Below, in pieces: positions 38,367 through 47,184 of a stretch of 64,000 nt of DNA. A model generated the notes under the pieces. That model searched no databases. It saw only the letters and a program-made list of their open reading frames with translations, and was not told the origin of the DNA. Within the stretch, counting starts at the first letter, position 1; each line of letters opens with the position of its first letter. The DNA is taken from the NCBI GenBank assembly GCA_964482725.1, contig CAYZYT010000004.1, positions 23,824 to 87,823 on the forward strand. Direction: 5' to 3'. A program made the translations under genes and the position numbers. This stretch comes from an uncultured bacterium. Its GTDB lineage: Bacteria > Omnitrophota > Omnitrophia > Omnitrophales > Aquincolibacteriaceae.

Positions 38367-39491
38367 GATATTATCATAATTCATTTTTTCAACAAAAAGA
38401 CCCCACGCGCCATCCAGTTCGCGGGCCTTCTCCTCCGGTAAATTGGCGCGGAAATATTTCTCCGTATCTTCCCGGGAAAGAGGCCCGATTTGAAGTTCGT
38501 ACTGAAGATAATCGCGAAAAAACTTTGAGAAAAAGATGTTTTTTCCTTCCAGAAAAAAAGAGGTGAGGCTCCAGGCCCTCAAATAAAATTCCATTTTTTC
38601 CTCCGCCGCCGGGGTCTGCTCGTAGCGCTCCCAGGACGCGAAAAGGCCGAGCGCGCTCTTTAGCTTCCCTTCTTCATAAAGGCTTTGAAGCCATCCCAGG
38701 ATCTCCTCAATAATAGGCCGGGCTCCCGCCTTCGCCAGTTTAAAAGAAAGGTAGTTCGAAAGGCCTTCATCCAAAAACATCGAAGGTTGTTTTGCATAAA
38801 ACCCTCTCACAAAACAGTGCGCGAACTCATGGGCGAGGGTCCACCGGATATCGGCGCCGGTAAAAAAAACCACGATCTCGTTTTTTCCTATGTTGTAGGC
38901 CCCTGAAGAGAGTTGTTTGAAGTCGAAATCCTTTTCTTTCCAAAGGGCTTTGTACTCTTCGGGACGTCCCGCAACACTGATCCTTAAAAAAGGCATTTCT
39001 CCTTGGGGGGGGCCAAGGATCTCTCCCAGCAACGCCTTTTCTTCGCTTATAAGAGCGGCGAGATTCTGGATCAAGGGTTCGCTATAGGCTTGAGGAATAT
39101 TGGTCACGAGCTCACCCCCGGCAAAGGAGATCTTCCGGGCTTGATCCCAAGACGGTTCTTTTTTCATAGCCTCAGAAAACCTCTCCAGGGCGCGTACTTC
39201 CTCGATAGCCTCTTGAAGGGTTAACCCTCCGTAATCCTGCAACTGATCTCCTTTTTGAAGAGCCCGTTGATAAACCTCAATCGCTTTCTTAAAGTCCCTC
39301 TCCCCGATCAGTGCTTGCGCATAAGAATCATAAAGATTTCGATCCTCGGGATTGTCTTGGAGAAGTTTTTCGAAAGAAGCCGCGCCCATCGCCTTTCCCG
39401 CTGGCCGTTCACTCAACCCGCTCTCGGTCGCACACCCGCTAAAAAAAAGGAGGATCCCCAGGACCGCTACTTCCTTTGTAAAAAGGTTCAT
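38364..39491 (-). CDS. Lipoprotein with an HExxH zinc-metallopeptidase-like motif (TLAHEFAHCF) and TPR-like N-terminal region
   Basis: Lipobox LLFFSGC. The HEFAH motif. It overlaps the bioF stop by 4 nt, so it appears translationally coupled inside the bio operon. Confidence 0.6.
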   Translation of the reverse strand: MNLFTKEVAVLGILLFFSGCATESGLSERPAGKAMGAASFEKLLQDNPEDRNLYDSYAQALIGERDFKKAIEVYQRALQKGDQLQDYGGLTLQEAIEEVRALERFSEAMKKEPSWDQARKISFAGGELVTNIPQAYSEPLIQNLAALISEEKALLGEILGPPQGEMPFLRISVAGRPEEYKALWKEKDFDFKQLSSGAYNIGKNEIVVFFTGADIRWTLAHEFAHCFVRGFYAKQPSMFLDEGLSNYLSFKLAKAGARPIIEEILGWLQSLYEEGKLKSALGLFASWERYEQTPAAEEKMEFYLRAWSLTSFFLEGKNIFFSKFFRDYLQYELQIGPLSREDTEKYFRANLPEEKARELDGAWGLFVEKMNYDNI

Positions 39492-40642
39492 TTTTTTCCC
39501 TTCGAAAACGCCGTCATTAACTTTGCGATGTCCTGCCGGGTATGTGTGGCAGAGACCGTGATCCGCAGGCGCGCCTTGCCCTTAGGAACGGTCGGATAAC
39601 GCACGGCAGGAATGAAAATCCCTTGCGAAAGAAGTTTTTCGAAAAACTCCATCGCTTTCCTTTCGTCGCCCACCAGGACCGGAATGATCGCGGACTCCGG
39701 CTTCGCGAGGGAAAAACCCAACCCCTGAAATCCCTGGTGAACGTGATGGATATTCGACCAAAGTTTTTTCCTCAAAAGAGGCTCTTCTTCGATCACGCAA
39801 AGAGCTTCGCGAGCGGCCTCACAAAGAACGGGGGGAAGCGCGGTCGCAAAAATGAACGGCCTCGCAAAATTCACGAGGGTGTCGATCAGCGCCCTGTCTG
39901 CGGCGACAAAGCCGCCCAATCCGCCGAGAGCCTTCGAAAGGGTCCCCATAATGACATCGATCTTTTTAGAAAGCCCCCCAGCCTCCGTCGCGCCGTAACC
40001 GTGCTCTCCTAAAACGCCTGTGCCATGCGCGTCATCCACCACAAGCACTGCGCCGTATTTCTCTTTGAGCCGCACGAGTTCTTTTAAGTCCGCGAGATCG
40101 CCATCCATGCTGAAAACCGTCTCCGTCACAAGGATCCGCCGTCTCGCACCCCGCGAAACACGAAGAAGATCTTCGCATTTTTTGTAATTCTTATGGGGGA
40201 AAACGCGCAGTTCGGCTTTGGAAAGCCGGGCGCCATCGACGAGCGAGGCATGGCACAGCTTGTCCATGATAATAACGTCCTGCTCGCCGGCCAGAGCCGT
40301 CAGAATGCCAAGGTTCGCAAGAAAGCCCGCGGCGAAGACAAGCGCGCTTTCTTTCCCTTTAATCTGAGCCAGCTTTTTTTCCAGGGCTTCGTGCGCCTTC
40401 GTTGTTCCTGAGATAAGCCGGGCCGCACCCGCGCCTACGCCGTATCGTTCTAGCGCTTTTTGTGCGGCCTCCACCACTCGCGGATGACGACTGAGACCCA
40501 GGTAATCGTTGCCGCAAAAAAGAAGCATCTCCCGCCCGTCAAAAGAGGCGCGCGTGCCTTCGTGCTCCTCCAGGAGGCGAAGCCGACGATAAAGGTTCTG
40601 CCGTTTGAGCGCTTGAAGCTCTTGCCGGAAAAGATTTTTCAT
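39488..40642 (-). CDS. bioF: 8-amino-7-oxononanoate synthase
   Basis: Class-II aminotransferase fold, the FSMDGD region and overall BioF similarity. Confidence 0.85.
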   Translation of the reverse strand: MKNLFRQELQALKRQNLYRRLRLLEEHEGTRASFDGREMLLFCGNDYLGLSRHPRVVEAAQKALERYGVGAGAARLISGTTKAHEALEKKLAQIKGKESALVFAAGFLANLGILTALAGEQDVIIMDKLCHASLVDGARLSKAELRVFPHKNYKKCEDLLRVSRGARRRILVTETVFSMDGDLADLKELVRLKEKYGAVLVVDDAHGTGVLGEHGYGATEAGGLSKKIDVIMGTLSKALGGLGGFVAADRALIDTLVNFARPFIFATALPPVLCEAAREALCVIEEEPLLRKKLWSNIHHVHQGFQGLGFSLAKPESAIIPVLVGDERKAMEFFEKLLSQGIFIPAVRYPTVPKGKARLRITVSATHTRQDIAKLMTAFSKGKK

Positions 40643-41844
40643 ACGTTGCGGAGAAGAACTGTGGCGACCTGGCCGCCGAAGCCCATGGAGATCTTGACGG
40701 CATGGGCGATCTTGTGAGGCCGCATTTTCCCGGGAGTATAATCGAGGTCGCAGGCCGGATCTTTTTCTTCCAGCCCCACGGTCGGAGGGATGAAACCTTC
40801 GTGAATCCCAAGAAGCGTCGCAATAATCTCAAGGGCCCCCGTGGCTCCCAGCATGTGTCCGGTGGCACCCTTGGTCGAGCTCATGGGAATCTTGTAGGCC
40901 TGTTCCCCAAACGCCTCTTTGAGCTCCAGCGTTTCATAAAGATCTCCATGCCTCGTACCGGTGCCGTGCAAATTCAAGTAATCGATCTCCCGAGGCGTGA
41001 TCCCGGCTCTCTTGAGAAGAACCCCAAGCGTGTAAGACAAGGCGTGTTCATTAAGATCAAAATGGATCGGCTGTTTGCTGTCCTGACCATAAGCCGATTC
41101 AACGATCTCGCCGTAGATCCTTACACCGCGCGCCTTCGCGCTTTCAAGCGTTTCAAGAAAGACCACTCCCGCGCCTTCCCCGATCAGAAATCCGTTCCGT
41201 CGCTTGTCGAACGGGCGAATGTCGTGGGTCGCAAGCGCCTTCATGTTTTTGTAGCCCCCGAGCATGAGGGGCGCGATCGAGGCATCCGTGGCTCCCGCGA
41301 GGCAATATTCGGCATCCCCTTCGGAGACCATACGAAACCCCTGGACGATGGCCACGGTTCCGGTCGCGCACGCCGCCACGTAACATTTGGCCGGCCCCTG
41401 GATCTTCATGCGCCGGGCGATCCACTGGTCCGCAAAATTCGGGACCGCGCTTGTGAACATCCTTGCGCCTAGGATCGCGCTTGGGTTACGCGCGAACCTT
41501 TCTTTGAATTTCCCAAGGCTATGAACGCCGCCTTTGCTGGAACTGACAGAAAGCGCGACGTCGTAAGGATCTACAGCCGCCATGTCGAACCGGGCATCAA
41601 GCACAGCCTGTTCTGCTGCCGCGACGGCGTATTGAATGAAAGGATCCAGGAGATGCGTTCCGTAAGAACGTGCATTAAAGTTTTTTAGGCGGAAAACGGG
41701 CGGGAAGGGATACCCCTCCAGGATGAAAGGATCCGCGCTTTCTTTTCCGGAGATACCTTTTTTAAGGTTCTCGCGAAATTCGACAAGGGTGTTCCCGATC
41801 GAAGAAAGAACGCCCATGCCCGTGACTACCACGCGTCGTTTCAT
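40639..41844 (-). CDS. Beta-ketoacyl-ACP synthase, KAS I/II type (FabF-like), embedded in the biotin operon
   Basis: The active-site triad can be read: Cys in AACATGT, His in LHGTGT and His in TGHMLGATG. Confidence 0.85.
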   Translation of the reverse strand: MKRRVVVTGMGVLSSIGNTLVEFRENLKKGISGKESADPFILEGYPFPPVFRLKNFNARSYGTHLLDPFIQYAVAAAEQAVLDARFDMAAVDPYDVALSVSSSKGGVHSLGKFKERFARNPSAILGARMFTSAVPNFADQWIARRMKIQGPAKCYVAACATGTVAIVQGFRMVSEGDAEYCLAGATDASIAPLMLGGYKNMKALATHDIRPFDKRRNGFLIGEGAGVVFLETLESAKARGVRIYGEIVESAYGQDSKQPIHFDLNEHALSYTLGVLLKRAGITPREIDYLNLHGTGTRHGDLYETLELKEAFGEQAYKIPMSSTKGATGHMLGATGALEIIATLLGIHEGFIPPTVGLEEKDPACDLDYTPGKMRPHKIAHAVKISMGFGGQVATVLLRNV

Positions 41845-41889
41845 GTGTTGGAGGATCCCTTCGGGTGTGAATTGAGAGGAAATTCTACC

Positions 41890-42618
41890 CTAGAAAGGAC
41901 GGGATTCAAAATGAAACACTTGCCCCGTCACCTGGCACATCCGGTCGGAGGAGAGAAAAAGAAGAAACTCTGCGACCTCTTCGGGATTCGAAAAGGTTTT
42001 GAGAGGACTTTCCTCAAGGTTGTTCTCCTGGATGTCCCGAGGAACGCTCGCGGTCATCGCCGACTGCATGAATCCCGGGTTCACGGCATTCACAAGGATT
42101 TTTTTACGCCCAAGTTCCTTGGCGAGCGTCTTGGTCATGGCGATCAGCCCGCCTTTTGAAGCGGCGTAATTCGCGGCGCCGGCAAGCCCGCTCAACCCCG
42201 CGCGACTGACGATCGTGAAAATCTTGCTGGGCGGTCTCCTCAAAAGAAGCGGCAAAAGCTTCTGGGTGAGATAAAAAGGCGCCTTGAGATTGACCCGCAA
42301 GACATCGTCCCATTGTTTTTCAGACATCTTTTCGATCCGCGTGTCCGCGGTCGCGGCAGCATTGTGGATCAGGACATCCAGAGATTCGACCTTTTTTTTA
42401 AATGTGGCGGCAAAGGTCTCGATCGCTTGGGTGTCAGCAAGATCGAGGGGAAATCTTCGCGCACCGGTTTGTTCGAGCTCTTGGGATCTCTCGACCGCTT
42501 TAAAATAAGTGAAGAATACACGCGCACCCTGTTGGACGGCCTTCCGGACGAACGCCTGTCCAAGCGGACTGGTTCCCCCGGTGATGAGAATTGTTTTGTC
42601 TTTTAATGAAAATTCCAC
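41890..42618 (-). CDS. Short-chain dehydrogenase/reductase, 3-oxoacyl-ACP reductase (FabG)-like
   Basis: ILITGGTSPLG cofactor motif, NAA, and YAASKGGLIAMTK (the YxxxK catalytic motif). Confidence 0.8.
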   Translation of the reverse strand: MEFSLKDKTILITGGTSPLGQAFVRKAVQQGARVFFTYFKAVERSQELEQTGARRFPLDLADTQAIETFAATFKKKVESLDVLIHNAAATADTRIEKMSEKQWDDVLRVNLKAPFYLTQKLLPLLLRRPPSKIFTIVSRAGLSGLAGAANYAASKGGLIAMTKTLAKELGRKKILVNAVNPGFMQSAMTASVPRDIQENNLEESPLKTFSNPEEVAEFLLFLSSDRMCQVTGQVFHFESRPF

Positions 42619-42620
42619 GG

Positions 42621-43649
42621 TTAGTTTTTGGAGCCGCAGCTGGAAGGGCAGCCGCAGTGTTCGCGCCCGGCTTCCACAGAAAACCCGGAGCGACGGAGCA
42701 TGTCGAGATCTTCTTGAAGAGGATTTCCTGCCGTGGTGAGATAGCCGCCGACCACAAAACCATTCGCCCCGCCACGAAGAGCTTTCTCCTGGAAATAAAC
42801 ACCCAAATTCAACTCCCGTCCGCCGGCAAGCTTGATATTGGCTTTAGGATGAATGAAGCGAAAGATCGCGACGGTTTTTACGACCTCCGTGGGATCCATG
42901 GCCGGCCGTCCCTCAAGCGGTGTTCCGGGCCTCGGATTCAAAATATTGATCGGTAAACAATGGAGGTCATAAGGTTTGAGCTCGAACGCGAGCCGGATCC
43001 GGTCTTCCTGCGTCTCCCCCATGCCCAAAATTCCCCCTGAGCAAACCTCGACCTCGTTCGCTTTTAGAAATTTTAGCGTCTCCATCCGTTCGTCATAGGT
43101 ATGCGTGGAAACAATGGTGGGATAAAAATCTCGGGAACATTGCAGGTTGTGATTGAAGCGCCGCATCCCGGCCACGCGAAGCTTCCGGATCTGTTCGGCC
43201 GTCAGATTCCCAAGGGATCCATCCAGCCGGAGCTGCGTCTTTTCACTTAACAACCGAAACGTCGCGAGCACCTGTTCGAATTCGTCTTCGTTCAAGGTTT
43301 CTCCGCTTGTCACCACGCAAAAACTTTGGACGCCGTTCGCTTCGCTTTTTTTTGCTTCTTCGAGGATCACCTCGGGGCTCATCAGCGGGTATCGCTTCAC
43401 GCCGGTCTTGTAATGGGAAGATTGGGAACAAAATCCGCAATCCTCGGAACAAAGATAACTTTTGGCGTTGACCAGCGAGCAGAGATCCGCCTGGGAAGGC
43501 CGGAACCGGGTTGTGATCTCGTGAGCGGAAATGAAGAGGAGGTCGAGCGTTGCGAAGTCTTGGATCGAGCTGAGACGAAGCGCTTCGTCCGGGGTGATGT
43601 CCCCTCCCGCGAGAACGCGGGACTTGAGTTCTTGTATAAACGCTTTCAT
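42621..43649 (-). CDS. bioB: Biotin synthase (radical SAM)
   Basis: CSEDCGFC radical-SAM motif and BioB-length similarity. It lies 2 nt from the upstream gene. Confidence 0.9.
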   Translation of the reverse strand: MKAFIQELKSRVLAGGDITPDEALRLSSIQDFATLDLLFISAHEITTRFRPSQADLCSLVNAKSYLCSEDCGFCSQSSHYKTGVKRYPLMSPEVILEEAKKSEANGVQSFCVVTSGETLNEDEFEQVLATFRLLSEKTQLRLDGSLGNLTAEQIRKLRVAGMRRFNHNLQCSRDFYPTIVSTHTYDERMETLKFLKANEVEVCSGGILGMGETQEDRIRLAFELKPYDLHCLPINILNPRPGTPLEGRPAMDPTEVVKTVAIFRFIHPKANIKLAGGRELNLGVYFQEKALRGGANGFVVGGYLTTAGNPLQEDLDMLRRSGFSVEAGREHCGCPSSCGSKN

Positions 43650-43673
43650 GCCGGAACCGAAAGAAAAAGGTTC

Positions 43674-44891
43674 TTAGGCCTGAGCAAAAACTTCGCGGGC
43701 CACAATGCCCACCACGCCAAGCGCCACAGCGTTCTCACCAAAAGCGGACGGAATGATCTTCACCTGTGTCGCGGACTCTTCCACGGACCATTCTTTGACA
43801 GTGGTTTTGATCGCATCGAGAAGCGGGGAGCCGCAATCCTCGATTCCACCGCCGATCACCACCACTTCCGGATTGAGAAGGTTGACGATGAACGCTATCT
43901 TTTTGCCAAGGTCTTGCCCGGCCTGCTCTGCCGCCTTAATCGCCAGAGCGTCTTTTTCTTTGATCGCTTTAACGATCTCCTTAAAGGAAAGCTTCGAGAG
44001 ATCGCCCTTGACCATATCTTTGAGGACCGAGGGCTCACCCTTTTCGATCCGCTCGCGCGCATGGCGAACCATACCGATATCCATTTCCCACCGGCCGAGC
44101 TGAGTCGCGATCTTGAAAGAATAGTCCTTGCTCGCGTGTGCGCTCGTGATTCCGAGCTCTCCCGCGGCGCCATTCGCTCCGCGATAGATCTCTTCGTTGA
44201 TCAGAATGCCGCATCCGACGCCCGAGAACATATAAACCATGTTCCGAACATCACGGTCAAGCCCGAGCCATTTCTCGCCCAGCACCGCCGCGTTCGCATC
44301 GTTCTCCACGATCGTGGGGATATTGAGCCGCCTCTCAAAAGTGTCTTTTATAGAAGAACAGACCGAGATATCCTTGTCGCCGAGACTTTGGGGCCAGCGG
44401 ATCGTTCGCCCGCGCTCGTCAATGATCCCGGGGATCCCGACCCCGAGGCCAACGATCTTGGACTTGTCGATCTCGGCCTTCTCGATGATCTCTGCCGCAA
44501 GATCCACCATCTGAAGAACGACTTTCTCGGAATTCTCCGGCGCTCTTTCGCGCTTGATCTCGCTGATCACGTTGATCTCAAGATCCACCAGCACGGCCAC
44601 AATGCTCATCATGTTGAGCCCGACGCCGACAATGTAACCGGCCTTGGGATTGAGCTCCACCAGAACGGGCTTCCGTCCACCGGTGGATTCATCCAGTTCG
44701 CCTTCGACCACGAGCCCTTTTTTGATGTAATGGCTCACGTAGTTGGAAACAGTCACAATATTAAGCTCGGTGAGTTTGGAAATGTCGGTCCTGGAAATCG
44801 GACCGTTCTTGCGAATCACTTCCAAAATGCCAAGATTTTTTCTTTCTTTGTCCGTCAGCGTGCGATCTTTGAGCATTTGTTTGATAGCCAT
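43674..44891 (-). CDS. ROK-family transcriptional regulator (NagC/XylR-like) with N-terminal HTH
   Basis: HTH region ILEVIRKNGPISRTDISKLTELNIVTVSNYV. ROK sugar-kinase-like core (GVGIPGIID, GELG). ATG at 44891 has AAGGAG 10 nt upstream; the track start at 44927 is less likely. Confidence 0.8.
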   Translation of the reverse strand: MAIKQMLKDRTLTDKERKNLGILEVIRKNGPISRTDISKLTELNIVTVSNYVSHYIKKGLVVEGELDESTGGRKPVLVELNPKAGYIVGVGLNMMSIVAVLVDLEINVISEIKRERAPENSEKVVLQMVDLAAEIIEKAEIDKSKIVGLGVGIPGIIDERGRTIRWPQSLGDKDISVCSSIKDTFERRLNIPTIVENDANAAVLGEKWLGLDRDVRNMVYMFSGVGCGILINEEIYRGANGAAGELGITSAHASKDYSFKIATQLGRWEMDIGMVRHARERIEKGEPSVLKDMVKGDLSKLSFKEIVKAIKEKDALAIKAAEQAGQDLGKKIAFIVNLLNPEVVVIGGGIEDCGSPLLDAIKTTVKEWSVEESATQVKIIPSAFGENAVALGVVGIVAREVFAQA

Positions 44892-45083
44892 GGGAAAGTT
44901 GCTCCTTTCAAGATTTGCTGTTTTCATAACTTGTTATTTTATAACTATATAAGCGCCGCATGTGTCGCTCATTTTAACTCCACGATATCCTTTTTCAAAG
45001 CATTAATTGAGCGCCGCTTTGCGTGGATATTAAAACTTTTTTATAAGAACGTCCCCGCCCGGAAAAGGATTAAGCCCCCAGAC

Positions 45084-47174
45084 CTAAAAGAACTCTTCCT
45101 GTTCTAATAGCTCTTTTGCTTTTTTCCCTATCGGATCTTTATGAAAATATTCCTGGATCACGCCTTTTTTCAGATAGTTTGCGATCGGGATAAGAACCAT
45201 CCCCTGGTCCAGCGCCAGATATTGGGTGTTAACCCTCTGGCTTGGAAAAGAGATCGTGTCATAAAAGCCGTATTCCCCGTACATGTTGAACGTAAGAAGC
45301 TTTCGAATGTTCTTGATCGCATCTTTGGGCAGAGTGTCCAGCGCGAGAAAGCTCGCGTGGGGCGTGATCACCCCTCGCTCCGGATACCCCTTCACCCCAA
45401 GCTTCTTGATCCCGTACTCCCCATACATCCAGCGCCGTCCATCAGCGGTCGCAGAGGGCGAGATTCCCCAAACAGGATATTTTTTTTCTTTGAGCGCGTA
45501 ATCTCGGTGAAGCTCGGTCACGATTTTGTCGTTCAAGCCCAGGCCTTTGGGGGCGAATTTTTGCTCGTGGATCACCATCGTCGGCATCAGAAACTCAAAA
45601 AGGGAGCCTCCCCAGTTGGGCACGAATTTTTTCTCCCCATCCTTGTAGTACCCTTGAAAATAGCTGATCTTGTCGCGCTCGACCATTTTCCCCTGGGGTT
45701 TTTGCGTCTGCCATTCCCATGCGTCCGGTGCCGTGCGATAAAGATACCACCAATGTTCTTTGGGAATATCCCCTTTACCGATCGCGTAAAGACTCATGGC
45801 GCGCGCCTCGGTCACAAGCATCCCGTAATGATAAGGGGTGGGACTTTGGCGCTCCACGTCGTAACCAATGGCAAGGTGATTGGTGTCGGGATCCAGGAAT
45901 TCCTGAAAATGAAAGCGCTCCAGAAGAGCCGTCGCTTCCTGTGCGATTTCCCCGGGAAACGCCTGGCGAACCACCACGAGCGCAATAGCAAGCCATCCGT
46001 TGTCCACGCTTGAAGCAAATCGCCGGCTGACCCCGAGCTGGGTCGTTTCATAAAAATTGAAGAAAAAGCCTTTCCACGTCTCCATCTTCTTCAATGTTCG
46101 CAAGGTGTTCTGAACGCGCTTAGCCGCCGCATCCGGAGTAATGATTCCCAGCTCCCTTACGGCCACGGTCCCCATAAGATCCAGGGCGATATTGGTGGGC
46201 GAAGTGTAAGCCGCCGCGAGAGGAAAATCCCCGAGCTTAAAATGGTCCGAAACAAGGTGGTTTCTTTTATCCGTAGCGTTTTCGAAATACTTCCACGTGT
46301 CTTGGGCGATTTTCAAAAGAAGCTCTTTGTCGTTCCCTGTTGCCAAAAGCTCTTGCCTCCGGGGCTCGTCCATAACGGCTCGCGGGAACCCGACAAAATT
46401 GTCCTCTACGCTTTCAAACCCGACCTCGGGATGTCCCAGAAAAACAATTTCGTCCACTCCCATTTTGCCGGCAAGATTCCGGTCCCGGGCAAACGCGCTA
46501 AGGGAAAGAAATTTTAGCTGGTCGAGATCGACGCCCATAAAAAAATTAATCGGTAAAATCGCTTCGCCCCACCCCTTCCCTTCAAGGCAGGCCTCCGTAA
46601 TATCTCGTTCGACGGTCTTCCCCGCCCAATCCGTTAGAGCGATGCGTAAACGCCCTTTAAACGGCACAGAGGGATCTGTTTTGCACTTCAGCGCCAAATA
46701 GTGCGCCGCGCTCATATCCAGTCTTTCAAGAGAGGTTCGGAAGGTCGCTTTTTCTTTTTTCTTGAGATTGACCCGCGCCCATAAAGAGGCCCCGGATTTG
46801 CTCCCGCGGGCATCTTCTTTTTTCAAGTCCAGACGAACCTTTTTCTCATCGCCTTTGTCCACGGTCCAGGCGCCTCCCAAACTGTTCTTGAGCTCCCCGG
46901 CGTTAAAATCATCGACCACCTTGAATTGGGTTGAGGTTCGAAGGGGCTTTCCGGCGGGAACAATATTGTAGACCTTTCCGCTGTCGATCGGCACGTCTCC
47001 GCCTGCAGGGCCGATTTGCTGGACAACGGTCTCCCCGGTTTTTTGTTTTTTGTTTTTGGGGGCGGCCAGCCCCGTCGGAAGAAGTGTCCCAAAACAGAAC
47101 ACGCTCAAAAAAAACAAAAAAGCGCTCCCCGGGAGTAGCGCGAAACCCGAGGAACGCTTTTTGAGAAGAGTCAT
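45084..47174 (-). CDS. Secreted glycoside-hydrolase-like protein: signal peptide, N-terminal carbohydrate-binding-like domain, C-terminal (alpha/alpha)6-like region; possibly beta-glucan active (GH144/DUF3131-like)
   Basis: Signal peptide LLPGSAFLFFLSVFCFGTLLPTGLAAP. The family assignment is unverified memory-based similarity. Confidence 0.35.
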   Translation of the reverse strand: MTLLKKRSSGFALLPGSAFLFFLSVFCFGTLLPTGLAAPKNKKQKTGETVVQQIGPAGGDVPIDSGKVYNIVPAGKPLRTSTQFKVVDDFNAGELKNSLGGAWTVDKGDEKKVRLDLKKEDARGSKSGASLWARVNLKKKEKATFRTSLERLDMSAAHYLALKCKTDPSVPFKGRLRIALTDWAGKTVERDITEACLEGKGWGEAILPINFFMGVDLDQLKFLSLSAFARDRNLAGKMGVDEIVFLGHPEVGFESVEDNFVGFPRAVMDEPRRQELLATGNDKELLLKIAQDTWKYFENATDKRNHLVSDHFKLGDFPLAAAYTSPTNIALDLMGTVAVRELGIITPDAAAKRVQNTLRTLKKMETWKGFFFNFYETTQLGVSRRFASSVDNGWLAIALVVVRQAFPGEIAQEATALLERFHFQEFLDPDTNHLAIGYDVERQSPTPYHYGMLVTEARAMSLYAIGKGDIPKEHWWYLYRTAPDAWEWQTQKPQGKMVERDKISYFQGYYKDGEKKFVPNWGGSLFEFLMPTMVIHEQKFAPKGLGLNDKIVTELHRDYALKEKKYPVWGISPSATADGRRWMYGEYGIKKLGVKGYPERGVITPHASFLALDTLPKDAIKNIRKLLTFNMYGEYGFYDTISFPSQRVNTQYLALDQGMVLIPIANYLKKGVIQEYFHKDPIGKKAKELLEQEEFF

Positions 47175-47184
47175 GTTTCTTCGT

